IMG/VR virus record: IMGVR_UViG_3300030061_000857
DNA length: 64,000 bases
Origin: an uncultured virus (IMG/VR IMGVR_UViG_3300030061_000857)
Taxonomy: Duplodnaviria; Heunggongvirae; Uroviricota; Caudoviricetes; Crassvirales
Reading direction: 5' to 3' (one strand)
In this document: one piece after another, positions 1 through 10,100 of the stretch
Layout: each line of letters starts with the position of its first letter
How positions within the stretch are numbered: position 1 is the first letter of the stretch
Position numbers and translations under genes: made by a program
The notes under the pieces: generated by a model
Database searches by the model: none
Told to the model about the DNA's origin: nothing
The model's input: the letters and a program-made list of their open reading frames with translations, nothing else

Positions 1-1512
1 AATTATTCTGAATTAAATGGTTTACGATCAGCTTTTCCTTTACCATTAACTGATACTATACAAACTAATTTTCCAACAAGAACACACAGAAGTGCTAAGG
101 CAGATACTACTAGCTTAATAGATAACTATAGAATATTTTTAGCAAATCAATTTAAAGACCTGCCTAAGAACAGAGGAGATCTTTGGGTATTATCATCTTT
201 TAATAACCTATTATATTTCCATATGCAAGAAAGTTTATTTGCAGCTAAAGGTAAACAGTCTTTACAAATGAAAGATGGTAGTGAATCTTTTGTGGGTAGT
301 GGAGATATATTCCAACAAGAGCCAGATGAATTAGTACAAACAGCTGGAGGATATGCAGGTACTAGCTCACAATGGGCAGCGCTAACAACACGTTATGGAT
401 ATTTCTTTATAGATAAAAATTCTCGTAAGGTCTTTTTAATGGGACAACAACTACAAGAGATAAGTGCTAATGGTATGGAAACATGGTTTAAAGATAATCT
501 TAAGTTTGAATTAGAAGATTATGGTCTTACAACTGAGTATGATAATCCTATACTAGGATTAGGATTTAGTTCTATATGGGATCCTAAACAAAGAAGAATA
601 CTATTAACTAAAAGAGAGTTTTCTCCTACAACTACATTTACAACTAATTATCCTTCTGCAATATCATATGATGATACAGAGGGTAAATATAAAAACACAA
701 CAACTAACAGATTTATAGAATGGGATGATGCAACTTATTTTACACCTAGTGGTTGGACTATATCGTATACACCAGAAGCAAACACTTGGACTAGTTTCCA
801 TGATTATATACCTTATATTTATTTTAATACTTCTACAGATTTTTATTCATTAACTGATAAATATCCTAGACCTGTATCTGCTTCTGTTAGCGGTACAGCA
901 TTTGGTAATGCAGGTATATGGAAACATAACTCAGAAACAAACAGAGGTATATTATATCAAGACGGAACAAGAAGTAATATAGATCACTATTTATTTGAGG
1001 TAGAGTTTATACATAATGAACTTAAAACTAGTGATACTTTAATTTCTAATTTAAGTTATACATTAGAAACATTTAATCAAAATAATATAAGTGTGTTAGA
1101 GCATGGATTTACAGATTTCTTTATGTATAATACATTACAGATGTCAGGAACTACAGAGTTAGAATATATGATAAATACTAGAAGAGTTGGTAATAGCTGG
1201 ACTATTAATCAATTTAGAGATATGGCAGCACTATCTACTAATACAAATACATATTACATGTCATCAAATACTAACTTGTTAGGAGGGACTAACACAGGAA
1301 CTGTAACAAGTTCTTCCACAGAAAACATGTTTAATGTTGATGGAATGAGTGAAACTATAAACGATGCTTTTATAGATTTAAATAAAACATGGGATAAACA
1401 AAAGAAGTTTACAGATAAGTGGGTAGGAATTAGACTAATATGTGACAATAAACAAAATAATTTATTAAATTTGTATTCTACGTCTGTAGGTGCAAGAAAG
1501 GTACACAGATAA
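1..1512 (+). CDS. Tail stabilisation/muzzle protein (crAss-like, P22 gp10-like), 5'-truncated by window edge
   Basis: Frame is open from base 1 (NYSELNGLRSAF...), so the listed ATG at 223 is internal. WTISY...WTSFHDYIP segment and beta-rich composition; lies just upstream of the cargo genes as in crAss-like phages. Confidence 0.75.
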   Translation, partial: NYSELNGLRSAFPLPLTDTIQTNFPTRTHRSAKADTTSLIDNYRIFLANQFKDLPKNRGDLWVLSSFNNLLYFHMQESLFAAKGKQSLQMKDGSESFVGSGDIFQQEPDELVQTAGGYAGTSSQWAALTTRYGYFFIDKNSRKVFLMGQQLQEISANGMETWFKDNLKFELEDYGLTTEYDNPILGLGFSSIWDPKQRRILLTKREFSPTTTFTTNYPSAISYDDTEGKYKNTTTNRFIEWDDATYFTPSGWTISYTPEANTWTSFHDYIPYIYFNTSTDFYSLTDKYPRPVSASVSGTAFGNAGIWKHNSETNRGILYQDGTRSNIDHYLFEVEFIHNELKTSDTLISNLSYTLETFNQNNISVLEHGFTDFFMYNTLQMSGTTELEYMINTRRVGNSWTINQFRDMAALSTNTNTYYMSSNTNLLGGTNTGTVTSSSTENMFNVDGMSETINDAFIDLNKTWDKQKKFTDKWVGIRLICDNKQNNLLNLYSTSVGARKVHR

Positions 1513-1513
1513 T

Positions 1514-2575
1514 ATGGCAAAAAAATCAAAGAAAAAGCTTCGTAAAAAAAGTAAATACGTAACAGGTGGGTCTATGTATAGTACTAATACTATACCTGCT
1601 GGTTATGGTCCTGGTAATACAACAAATATAGTAGCAGAAGAAAGTGATCCAAATGCAGTAAAGATAAAAGAAGAAGCTTTTGCCGCAGAACAAGAAAGAT
1701 TAAATACTCTTGCTAATACTGCTTCAGAAAAAATTGCACAAGACCAAGAGATGGCAGCGCAAAACATAGAGATAGCAGCTGCTCAAAGTGAAGGACAAGC
1801 AGACGCTGCAGTAGGCCTTGCAAGACAAGTAGGAGATAAATTTGTAAAACCACAAAATAGAACTAACCCTTTTACACCTGCAGTGCAAGCTTTTAAAGCA
1901 ACTAAAGCTGTAAACTTAGCAGCAAAAGCTCAACGAGGTGTTACAGCAGGAGTGCAAACAGCCAAACAAGCAGCACAAGGTGCTAAGGCGTTACAGCTAG
2001 CTAGCCAAACTTCTAAAATACCTGTTGGAGTAGCTGCACCACAAACTGTTAGCAGCTTAGCACAAGGAGCTAAAGGAGCAAGTGCAATAGGAGCAGGATT
2101 AAAAAACTTTGCTACATCTGGTGCAGGTATAGGAACGATAGCATCTTTAGCTGGTGCAGGAATTAGTAGAGCGGCAGATGATAAGGATGCTACTACAATG
2201 ACCTTTGGTGAAGGAACAGGTAAAGTATTGTCTGGTATTGGAACAGGATTAGGTACCGCAGCATTAGCTGGTATGGCTTTAGGTAGTGCAGTTCCATTAG
2301 TAGGTAATGTAGTAGGAGCTGCAGCAGGAGCAATATATGGATTAACAAAAGGGCTTATAGCAAGAAATAAAGCAAGGCGAGAAAAAGCAAAAGCAGACAG
2401 AGCAGAACAAAAGTTTGTAAAAGAAACAAATAAAGATGTAACAAGTAGATTTGGAGCTCAAGCATCAAATGTAAGAGCACAAAGACTAAGGAGTAAAACA
2501 TTCTCTGGGTATAATCAAGGTGTTAACACAACAGTAAAGATGGGAGGTTTAAGACTAGGAATGCCGAGATATTAA
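1514..2575 (+). CDS. Virion cargo/ejection protein with glycine-zipper hydrophobic segments
   Basis: Likely start MAKKSKKKLRKK at 1514, right after the upstream stop. Long Gly/Ala-rich hydrophobic stretch (GIGTGLGTAALAGMALGSAVPLVGNVVGAAAGAIYGL), KxxxGG-type motifs at both ends, no Cys. Confidence 0.6.
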   Translation: MAKKSKKKLRKKSKYVTGGSMYSTNTIPAGYGPGNTTNIVAEESDPNAVKIKEEAFAAEQERLNTLANTASEKIAQDQEMAAQNIEIAAAQSEGQADAAVGLARQVGDKFVKPQNRTNPFTPAVQAFKATKAVNLAAKAQRGVTAGVQTAKQAAQGAKALQLASQTSKIPVGVAAPQTVSSLAQGAKGASAIGAGLKNFATSGAGIGTIASLAGAGISRAADDKDATTMTFGEGTGKVLSGIGTGLGTAALAGMALGSAVPLVGNVVGAAAGAIYGLTKGLIARNKARREKAKADRAEQKFVKETNKDVTSRFGAQASNVRAQRLRSKTFSGYNQGVNTTVKMGGLRLGMPRY

Positions 2576-2587
2576 AAATATAATACA

Positions 2588-4561
2588 ATGAAAGAAACTA
2601 TACTAAAAAGATTAAAAAAATATAACATGGGGGGAATGCCAACTATGCCTGTTCAACCAATGCCAGAAATGCTTGAGAACATGACAGGTCCTACCGGTCC
2701 TGCGTATCCTACTCTAGAACCTGGAGTTATAGCAGGAAATGCACCTAATCCTATAAGTTCTTTAATGAATTTAGGAAAAACTATTTATAATAACAGACAA
2801 ACTATTTCAAATATTTTTACACCAAAAAAAGGAGTGGATACAAGTATATTCGCAGGTAAACTGCAAATGGGAGGAGTAGAACCATTACCAGGAGGTGTGG
2901 TAGCACCTATACCAGGAAGTGATGCTGTAGAGTTTATGGGTAATAAACATAATGAGTCAGGTATGGGATCAGATAGCGGTATTATGGTAGATCAGCAAAC
3001 AGAAGTAGAGGATGGAGAAACTATGGACCAGGTTAGTATGAAACATGGTGGTAAACGTGATTATTTCTTTTCTTCTTATCTAAAGAAAGGAGGTAAGTCA
3101 TATGCTGATATGCATAAAAACATTTTAGCAATGGGCGGTAGTCAAGAAGATATAAATATGCTAGCTAGAATGCAAGAGAAAGCTGCAGGTAGAGATCCTA
3201 ATCAAGTAGCTAAACTAGGAGGTGTAGTACAGTATGATACAGGAGGTGTAAATATTAATTTAGATGCGATTATGGATCAGTATCCTACTTACAGTGAAGA
3301 GATATATAATCCAAATATCTTAACAGAACAATTACCACAGTATCAAAATCAAATGGAGTTAAGAGAACAAAGGAGACCTCCTATAGCAGAACAAAGAAGA
3401 AGAATGTTTAGAAACTTACAAACTTTTATTGATAGAGGACAAACTCTTTCACCAGAACAACAAGGACAATATAATGAATTATCTAGTGATCCTTTTGTTA
3501 CTTCTCCAGAGCTTGTAAAATTAGAGCCAATAACAATTGATGGATTACAACGTGATAATTATTTTCAAAGTTCAATAAAACCACCACCTCCACCAGTAAC
3601 AAGCGTAGAGATGCCTGAAACAGAAATAACTTTACCTAAAATGTCTGAAGAAGAAATAGCTTTAGCAAACAGTGATGCAGACACATATGATTCATACTTA
3701 GCTAGAATAGAAATGTCAGGAGAACTTCCAAATGATAGAATAGGATTATTTAAAAGAGGTATACTAAGTGAAGAGCAGTTTAATAAAAGAAAAGAAAGAG
3801 AACAAAACAGACTAGCTAGAAAATTAAATCCAGGTATGCCGCTTGAAGCTAAGATAGCAGCTGGAGTGCAATTGTTACCTGCTATAACTGCTGCATTTAC
3901 AAAACCAGAAGAACTAACACAGTATGATTATGAGCCAGGTTTTACATCTCCTATAATGGCTGACAGAGTTAAAGGTCAAAAATTTGATGCTCCTACACAA
4001 GATGCAGCTAGAGCGTCGTTAGCTCGTGCTTACCAAGGACAACAAGAAAACATTGATACAGCAGGATTAGGACCTGGAAGTCAAAGTAATAGACAAGCTT
4101 TATTTGCTAAGAAGATAGAAGGTTTAGACAAGATAGGAGCAAGAGAAGCTGCGGATAAACTAAAAGCAGAGACAATGACTAAACAAAGTCAGTTTAAAGC
4201 AGATGCAATGAATGCTGCAAATGAATTAAAAGCTGCAACTATAAATGCACAGATGATACAAAAAGAAGCAATGAGAAAACAAGCTGTGGATGCTGCTAAT
4301 ACACAAATGGCAAATCAAGCAGAAATTGATAAGATACAAAAAAGACTTAATATTGTTACTAATCTATCACAAAGTATTGCAGGAATAGGAGGAGATTTAA
4401 TGGCATATAAATCACAGGAAAGACTAGCAAAAGCTATGGGATCTGATGGTATATACCAGAGAGATATAATGTCTAGATATTTAAAGAGTCAAAATCCTAA
4501 CATGAGTGATGATGAAATTAATAAACTTACTTTAGAAACACTAAAAAAACTAGCAAGCTAA
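2588..4561 (+). CDS. Internal virion cargo protein
   Basis: GNKHNESG...EVEDGE segment, repeated xxxGG motifs, helical Ala/Gln-rich C-terminus, position between the tail stabiliser and the giant proteins. Confidence 0.6.
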   Translation: MKETILKRLKKYNMGGMPTMPVQPMPEMLENMTGPTGPAYPTLEPGVIAGNAPNPISSLMNLGKTIYNNRQTISNIFTPKKGVDTSIFAGKLQMGGVEPLPGGVVAPIPGSDAVEFMGNKHNESGMGSDSGIMVDQQTEVEDGETMDQVSMKHGGKRDYFFSSYLKKGGKSYADMHKNILAMGGSQEDINMLARMQEKAAGRDPNQVAKLGGVVQYDTGGVNINLDAIMDQYPTYSEEIYNPNILTEQLPQYQNQMELREQRRPPIAEQRRRMFRNLQTFIDRGQTLSPEQQGQYNELSSDPFVTSPELVKLEPITIDGLQRDNYFQSSIKPPPPPVTSVEMPETEITLPKMSEEEIALANSDADTYDSYLARIEMSGELPNDRIGLFKRGILSEEQFNKRKEREQNRLARKLNPGMPLEAKIAAGVQLLPAITAAFTKPEELTQYDYEPGFTSPIMADRVKGQKFDAPTQDAARASLARAYQGQQENIDTAGLGPGSQSNRQALFAKKIEGLDKIGAREAADKLKAETMTKQSQFKADAMNAANELKAATINAQMIQKEAMRKQAVDAANTQMANQAEIDKIQKRLNIVTNLSQSIAGIGGDLMAYKSQERLAKAMGSDGIYQRDIMSRYLKSQNPNMSDDEINKLTLETLKKLAS

Positions 4562-7131
4562 TGGCAAAATATCAACTACCACAATATCAATCAGTATACA
4601 GAGACACAGGATCTGTGCAGGTTAATCAGTTAAAGAGACAAATGTTTTTAGAGAACATGAAAGCAGATGATGCATTGTCAACTTCTGTTATGAACATGGA
4701 TGCTTTAGATAAAGACAAAGAACAAATGAATAGTCTTGCAGAAGTTTACAATAATAATATATCAGAGAGAGCAGCTAGAAAAGACTATGAAAACCTAGGA
4801 ATGACTATTCATACAGACGCTATGAACTTTATTAAAGACTATACTCCTATTAAAAAGAGTAAAGATTTATATACTGCATATGAAAAGATGTTATCAGAAA
4901 GAGTAGCTAAAGGTGATATAACTGATTCAATAAAACAAAGAAAGTTAGCGCAGTCTTTATCTAAATATAAAGGTATACAGAAAAGTGCAACAGGAGTTAT
5001 TGATGGAGACTCATATTTTAAAGGAGCAAATGTTACTGCATTTGTAGATGTTAATGCTGAGATTCAAAAAGCAATGAAAGATGTAATACCAAGAGAAAAA
5101 GGGATTAAAGGATTTGAATTAAGAGATGGTGATTTTGATGTATTCCTTTCTTCTAGAACTATGACTGGAGATCCAAAGGCAGATGGAGCTGTTTGGAAAA
5201 TTAAGCAAGGAGAAAAAATAGTAGAGGTACCAGACTATGTAGTAGAGAGTGTAACTAAGGATATTTTACGTAGACAAGATGTAGCAGGTTTTATAAATCA
5301 AGAAGCAGATCTTAATACTTATATGTTTAGTCAAGAAGAAGCTACAGAAAAAATAAATGAATCTATTGTAAAAATAGATGAGATGATTGCTAAAATACCT
5401 AGTTTAGAAAAACTTACGGCTGACGAGAAAAAAGAAGCAATTAAATCTCAAAAAGAACTAAAAGAAAGTATTTTAGAAAAACAAAAGACTATGAATAGTG
5501 TAGATCTTTTAAAATCTATGACTCGTAATGATTTAAACAATCAGTATATGAAGTCTGCTACAAATAAGTATGTATATAGCAATGTATTTGTTGACAAAGA
5601 TATTTCAGTAATAGATAAAGAGGGAGTTGGATCATCACAAAATAATGATCAAGTAATTCTATCAGGAGAAGTTAGTGATTCTTTAACTGCTGAAGTATTA
5701 GGAGGTAAGACTTTAAAATCTAAGAGAGCATTCCAGCTTGAATCTCAAAACTATTTAGATGAAAGAACTAGTCAGTTTGGAACTGAATTTAATAATGATA
5801 TGTTAAATGCTAATACAGAAGCAGATATAAATGCATTAGCTGCAAAGTATAATTTAGTTCCTCAAGATATATTAGCTCAATCTAAACAAGTTAAGAGACA
5901 TCAAGATAATGTAGATTTAATGGAGATTCAACTAGAGGATGCAATAAAAAACGCAACAGGAGGTCAAAGTAAAGAAGAATATGACGCAGAAGTTAGTGAT
6001 ACTTATGCTACTAAAACAAATCCAAGATATAAGCAAACAGAAAGATTCCCTACAGATGTTGATGGTAATATGTTGCTTAAGGCTTTACAACTTCCTATAC
6101 ATACAATAGGTATGGTGGCTGATTCAAATACTGGGGAAATAATAAATAGAGGTACTGACAATCAAGCTATTTTACCAGCTGATGCAACAGTTAAAGATGC
6201 AATGGATTGGTTAAGAGATAATGTTTCAGAACAAGATAACATGTCAACTAGTCAAGGTATACTAAAAGGACATCCAATGCAAAAAACTTTAATGCAAGCT
6301 TTAGTTCAAGCAAATGGAATAGAACTAAAAGGTGAAACAACTGTAGCTATTCGTTATAAAAACAATGCTTTATCTGCATTAGCAGATGATAACGGTATGG
6401 TTTCTAGCGAGTATTTATCTTTAGGTGAAAGTTATTTGAGGTTACTTGAAATGTACAATAAAGACCAAAATAAAACTGAAAAGAAAATAGAAGAGCATTT
6501 AAATACTCAACAAATTAAATTTGATAATACTATAGCTACAAGCTTTGGAGATAAGACTGAAGAAACTAGAAAAGAAATAAGAGAAACTATAGCTAAGGGT
6601 ATTCCTGGAGACTTTATAACTTATACTGATGGAAGTAATGAAGGTATAAAGTGGGATGATGCAATGAAAGCAGATTATGAAGGAAAAGACTTTGAAATAG
6701 TTCCAGAATTATCAGGATTATCAAACATATCTATGATGGATGGAACTCCTCTTATGGCTATAGCTGTTAAAAGTGAAGGTAAAATTAAAATGTACAATAT
6801 AAATGCTAAGCAGATTGGTATGCCTTCAGTAGATGAATATACTGCATCAACCGGTTATAAGGTACGAGCCGTATATGCTAGAGGTGAGTGGGCAAATGTA
6901 GATGAATGGTCTCCTAAACTATTTAGCTACGAAGAACAAATTGATCCAGAAGACGCGTCAAAAGGTACACAAGAAGTTCAAGGTGTAATGTTTAAATACA
7001 ATAGTGATCCAGAATTTCCTGTACACATAAGACAAAAAGATGGCACATATAAACGTATGAGTGAAAAAGCAGGATTAGAATACATTGAAAAATTTGTAGA
7101 AGAGAAAGGAATACAAAACTATATATATTAA
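4561..7131 (+). CDS. Internal virion protein, unknown function
   Basis: 856-aa ORF coupled by TAATG overlaps at both ends, no Cys, within the cargo operon. Confidence 0.55.
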   Translation: MAKYQLPQYQSVYRDTGSVQVNQLKRQMFLENMKADDALSTSVMNMDALDKDKEQMNSLAEVYNNNISERAARKDYENLGMTIHTDAMNFIKDYTPIKKSKDLYTAYEKMLSERVAKGDITDSIKQRKLAQSLSKYKGIQKSATGVIDGDSYFKGANVTAFVDVNAEIQKAMKDVIPREKGIKGFELRDGDFDVFLSSRTMTGDPKADGAVWKIKQGEKIVEVPDYVVESVTKDILRRQDVAGFINQEADLNTYMFSQEEATEKINESIVKIDEMIAKIPSLEKLTADEKKEAIKSQKELKESILEKQKTMNSVDLLKSMTRNDLNNQYMKSATNKYVYSNVFVDKDISVIDKEGVGSSQNNDQVILSGEVSDSLTAEVLGGKTLKSKRAFQLESQNYLDERTSQFGTEFNNDMLNANTEADINALAAKYNLVPQDILAQSKQVKRHQDNVDLMEIQLEDAIKNATGGQSKEEYDAEVSDTYATKTNPRYKQTERFPTDVDGNMLLKALQLPIHTIGMVADSNTGEIINRGTDNQAILPADATVKDAMDWLRDNVSEQDNMSTSQGILKGHPMQKTLMQALVQANGIELKGETTVAIRYKNNALSALADDNGMVSSEYLSLGESYLRLLEMYNKDQNKTEKKIEEHLNTQQIKFDNTIATSFGDKTEETRKEIRETIAKGIPGDFITYTDGSNEGIKWDDAMKADYEGKDFEIVPELSGLSNISMMDGTPLMAIAVKSEGKIKMYNINAKQIGMPSVDEYTASTGYKVRAVYARGEWANVDEWSPKLFSYEEQIDPEDASKGTQEVQGVMFKYNSDPEFPVHIRQKDGTYKRMSEKAGLEYIEKFVEEKGIQNYIY

Positions 7132-10100
7132 TGGGCATACCTATAACAATAAATAGCGGAACTAATTTACAAGAGCCTACATCTTCTAGTGGAGGTATAA
7201 ATTTATACTATGATCCAGACATAGCTAAAAAACCTTTAGACAGAATCTCTAGAATAGATCCGTATGATACTATAAACTTTACAAATATATACACAGATGA
7301 TTTGTCTAAGTATGAGAAATACGATGTACCTACAACTAGATTTTTTAATTGGGATGATCAAAGAGCAAAAAATCAAAGCACAGGAGAAAAGTGGTTAAAT
7401 GGTTTAAGTAAAGGATTAGTTACAACTGCAGGAGCTGTAGTAGAAAACACACTTGGTGTAATAGCAGGATTAGGTGAAATGGCATTTGGCTCTGGGTATT
7501 ACTATGATAATTTTATAGGGCAAAGTATAGACAAAGCTAATGATTGGATGCGTGATGCTATGCCTAATTATAGAACACAAGCAGAGATGGATATGACTAC
7601 AGGTCAAAAACTAGGTACTGCTAACTTTTGGGCAGATACAGTATTAAATGGTGTAGGATATAGTATAGGGTCTATTGCTACTATGTGGTTAACAGGAGGC
7701 ACAGGGCTTATCATGAGAACTGCAGGGGCAGTAGGCAAAGCACAAAGAGCTAAAAATATATATGATGTATCAAAAGCTATTACAACTGGTACAAAACTAG
7801 CAGACAAAACTTTTAAAGCTAGTAGAGCGCAAGGATTACTTAATTCTGCTAACATGTTAGAAATGGGATTATATATGTCATTAGCAGAAGCTTCAGTAGA
7901 AGCAAGAGAAGCACAAAAATCAGCGTATGATGCATTAATAGAAAAAGAATTAGAAGACAGAAATCTAGAAAGAGAGTTTGAATTAGGAGATGAAGTACGT
8001 GCTGATATATTAAATGCTTCTTATGCTGCAGGTAATGCAGATTTCCTAGCACAATTACCAGTATTAGCTGGTACAAACCTATTTATGTTTGGTAAACAAG
8101 TAGCAGGATTTAACACTGCAAGAAAACTAAGACCAGACGTAGCTTTTGATAATGCTACTAAAAAAGTTGTAAATACAATAGGAGAAAGAGGTCTTTTTAG
8201 AACAGGTTTGAGCAGATTAAAACCTTTTGCACAAGGATCTTTAACAGAAGCATTTCAAGAAGGATGGCAGTTTGCGTCTAAAACAGGAGCAATAGATTAT
8301 CATACAGATAAATATTTTAATGGAGGAGCTGCAGATATGAGTGAATCTATATTACATGGAATTAATGAAACGTTTGGAACACAAGAAGGTTTAGAGTCAA
8401 TGCTAGTTGGAGCAATTGTAGGGGGAGGTGTTTCTGGAGTACAGAGCGCTATACAAAAACCATATGCACAAAGACAAAAGAATGCTAAGTATTTAACTGA
8501 TTTACTAAATGGAGGGTTTTTAAGAAACGCTGCTAATAAAGGAATGACATCAAATGCTATGACACTTGCTTTAGTGCAAATGGAACAAGCAAGAGAAAGC
8601 GGTGATATAAAAGCTTTCAAAGATGCACAAAACAAACTTATAATGTACAATGCATTTGAAGCTTTACAAAATGGAGGCTTTGATGTATTTATGGAAAAGC
8701 TAGACGATGCTGCATCTTTAGAGGACTCAGAATTTGCAAAAGCTTTTGGGTATGATACTGAACAATCTATACAAAAACAAACAGGTAAATCAAAACAACA
8801 AATAATAGATAATGCTAAAAAGAAGTATCAAAGTTTTAAAGAAACATATGATAGTATAAACGAAGCTTATCCGCCAGCAGATAGAAAAACCGGTCTTCCT
8901 AGAATGAGAATGACAGAAGAAGAAAGAAAAGCTGAAGAAGCTGTTTATCAAGGAAGAGAAGCACTACGTGCACAGCTTATACTAGGTATGGGTAGCATAA
9001 AGAATAGAAACAGTAGATTAAAAAGCATACATGATAATATGCAAGCTTTGTTAGATAGCACAGTTAATCTAAATAATGGAAGTGTTCTAAAAGATATTTT
9101 AGCTTTACCACAATTTGGTGGAGAAAATATTTTAGAGTATAGTGCTGCAGAAGAGCAAGAAAATACTCGAAAAAGACTAAATGAAGTACTACAAGTTCTT
9201 GTAAAAAATAATGTAGACCCTGTAAAGATAGCAGACTTTAAAAAGCAAGCTCAAGATTATTTATCATTGCTAAGAGAAAATCAAGAAACTGTTGAAGCTC
9301 ATATAAAACTTAGCTCAGATACTTTTGCTCAAGAACAATTTAAAGATGAAGTAGCAAAGAATGTAGAAGCTGCAAAGAAAAAAGCAAAAGATTCTAAAGA
9401 TAAAAAGAATGTTGAGGAAGCTAAAACTAGTGAAGATATAAAAAATAATGTAAAAGATGCTGAAGGAGAAACAAAAGCAGATGCAGAGCAAAAGTTCCAA
9501 GATTTAAAACGTCAAGAAAAAGAAGCAGAAGATAAATACTTATCTAAAGATAAAGACTTACCTGCAAAAAATAGACTTAGATTACTTAAAGCAATAGACA
9601 CATCTAATCTTAGTGACACAGAAAGAGTGGGACTAGTCAACGCTATAGAAAAATTAGAAAAGTTAGAAAAACAACAAGCAGAAAAAGAAACACCTATAGG
9701 AGAAGATCCAGATGCTCAAACTATAGCTGACATATTAGAACAAGAAGAAACACAAGAAGAGGAAGAAGTGGATGCAGTACAGCAAGAACCTGAGCCTGCA
9801 AAAAGAGAAGTTGTAATTACAGATACTAGTCAACTAGAAATATTTGACGATGTTAGTGTGGAGAATGATAACAACGAAACTCCTGTGTTGGGGCTAGAAT
9901 TAGCAGTAGATCCTACTATATGGGTAAGTGATAAGAAGGTAGGTGTAAATGAAAACGGTGTGCCTGATGGTTCTACAGGAGATACTGTAAATGGTAAGCC
10001 TATAATTATTAGTCAAGAGCCTTTATTAGGAGAGACAGAAGGAACCGAGGTAGAGTTTGTAATAATAGAAAATGATTTCTTTGTAGAAAATCATAAAGGT

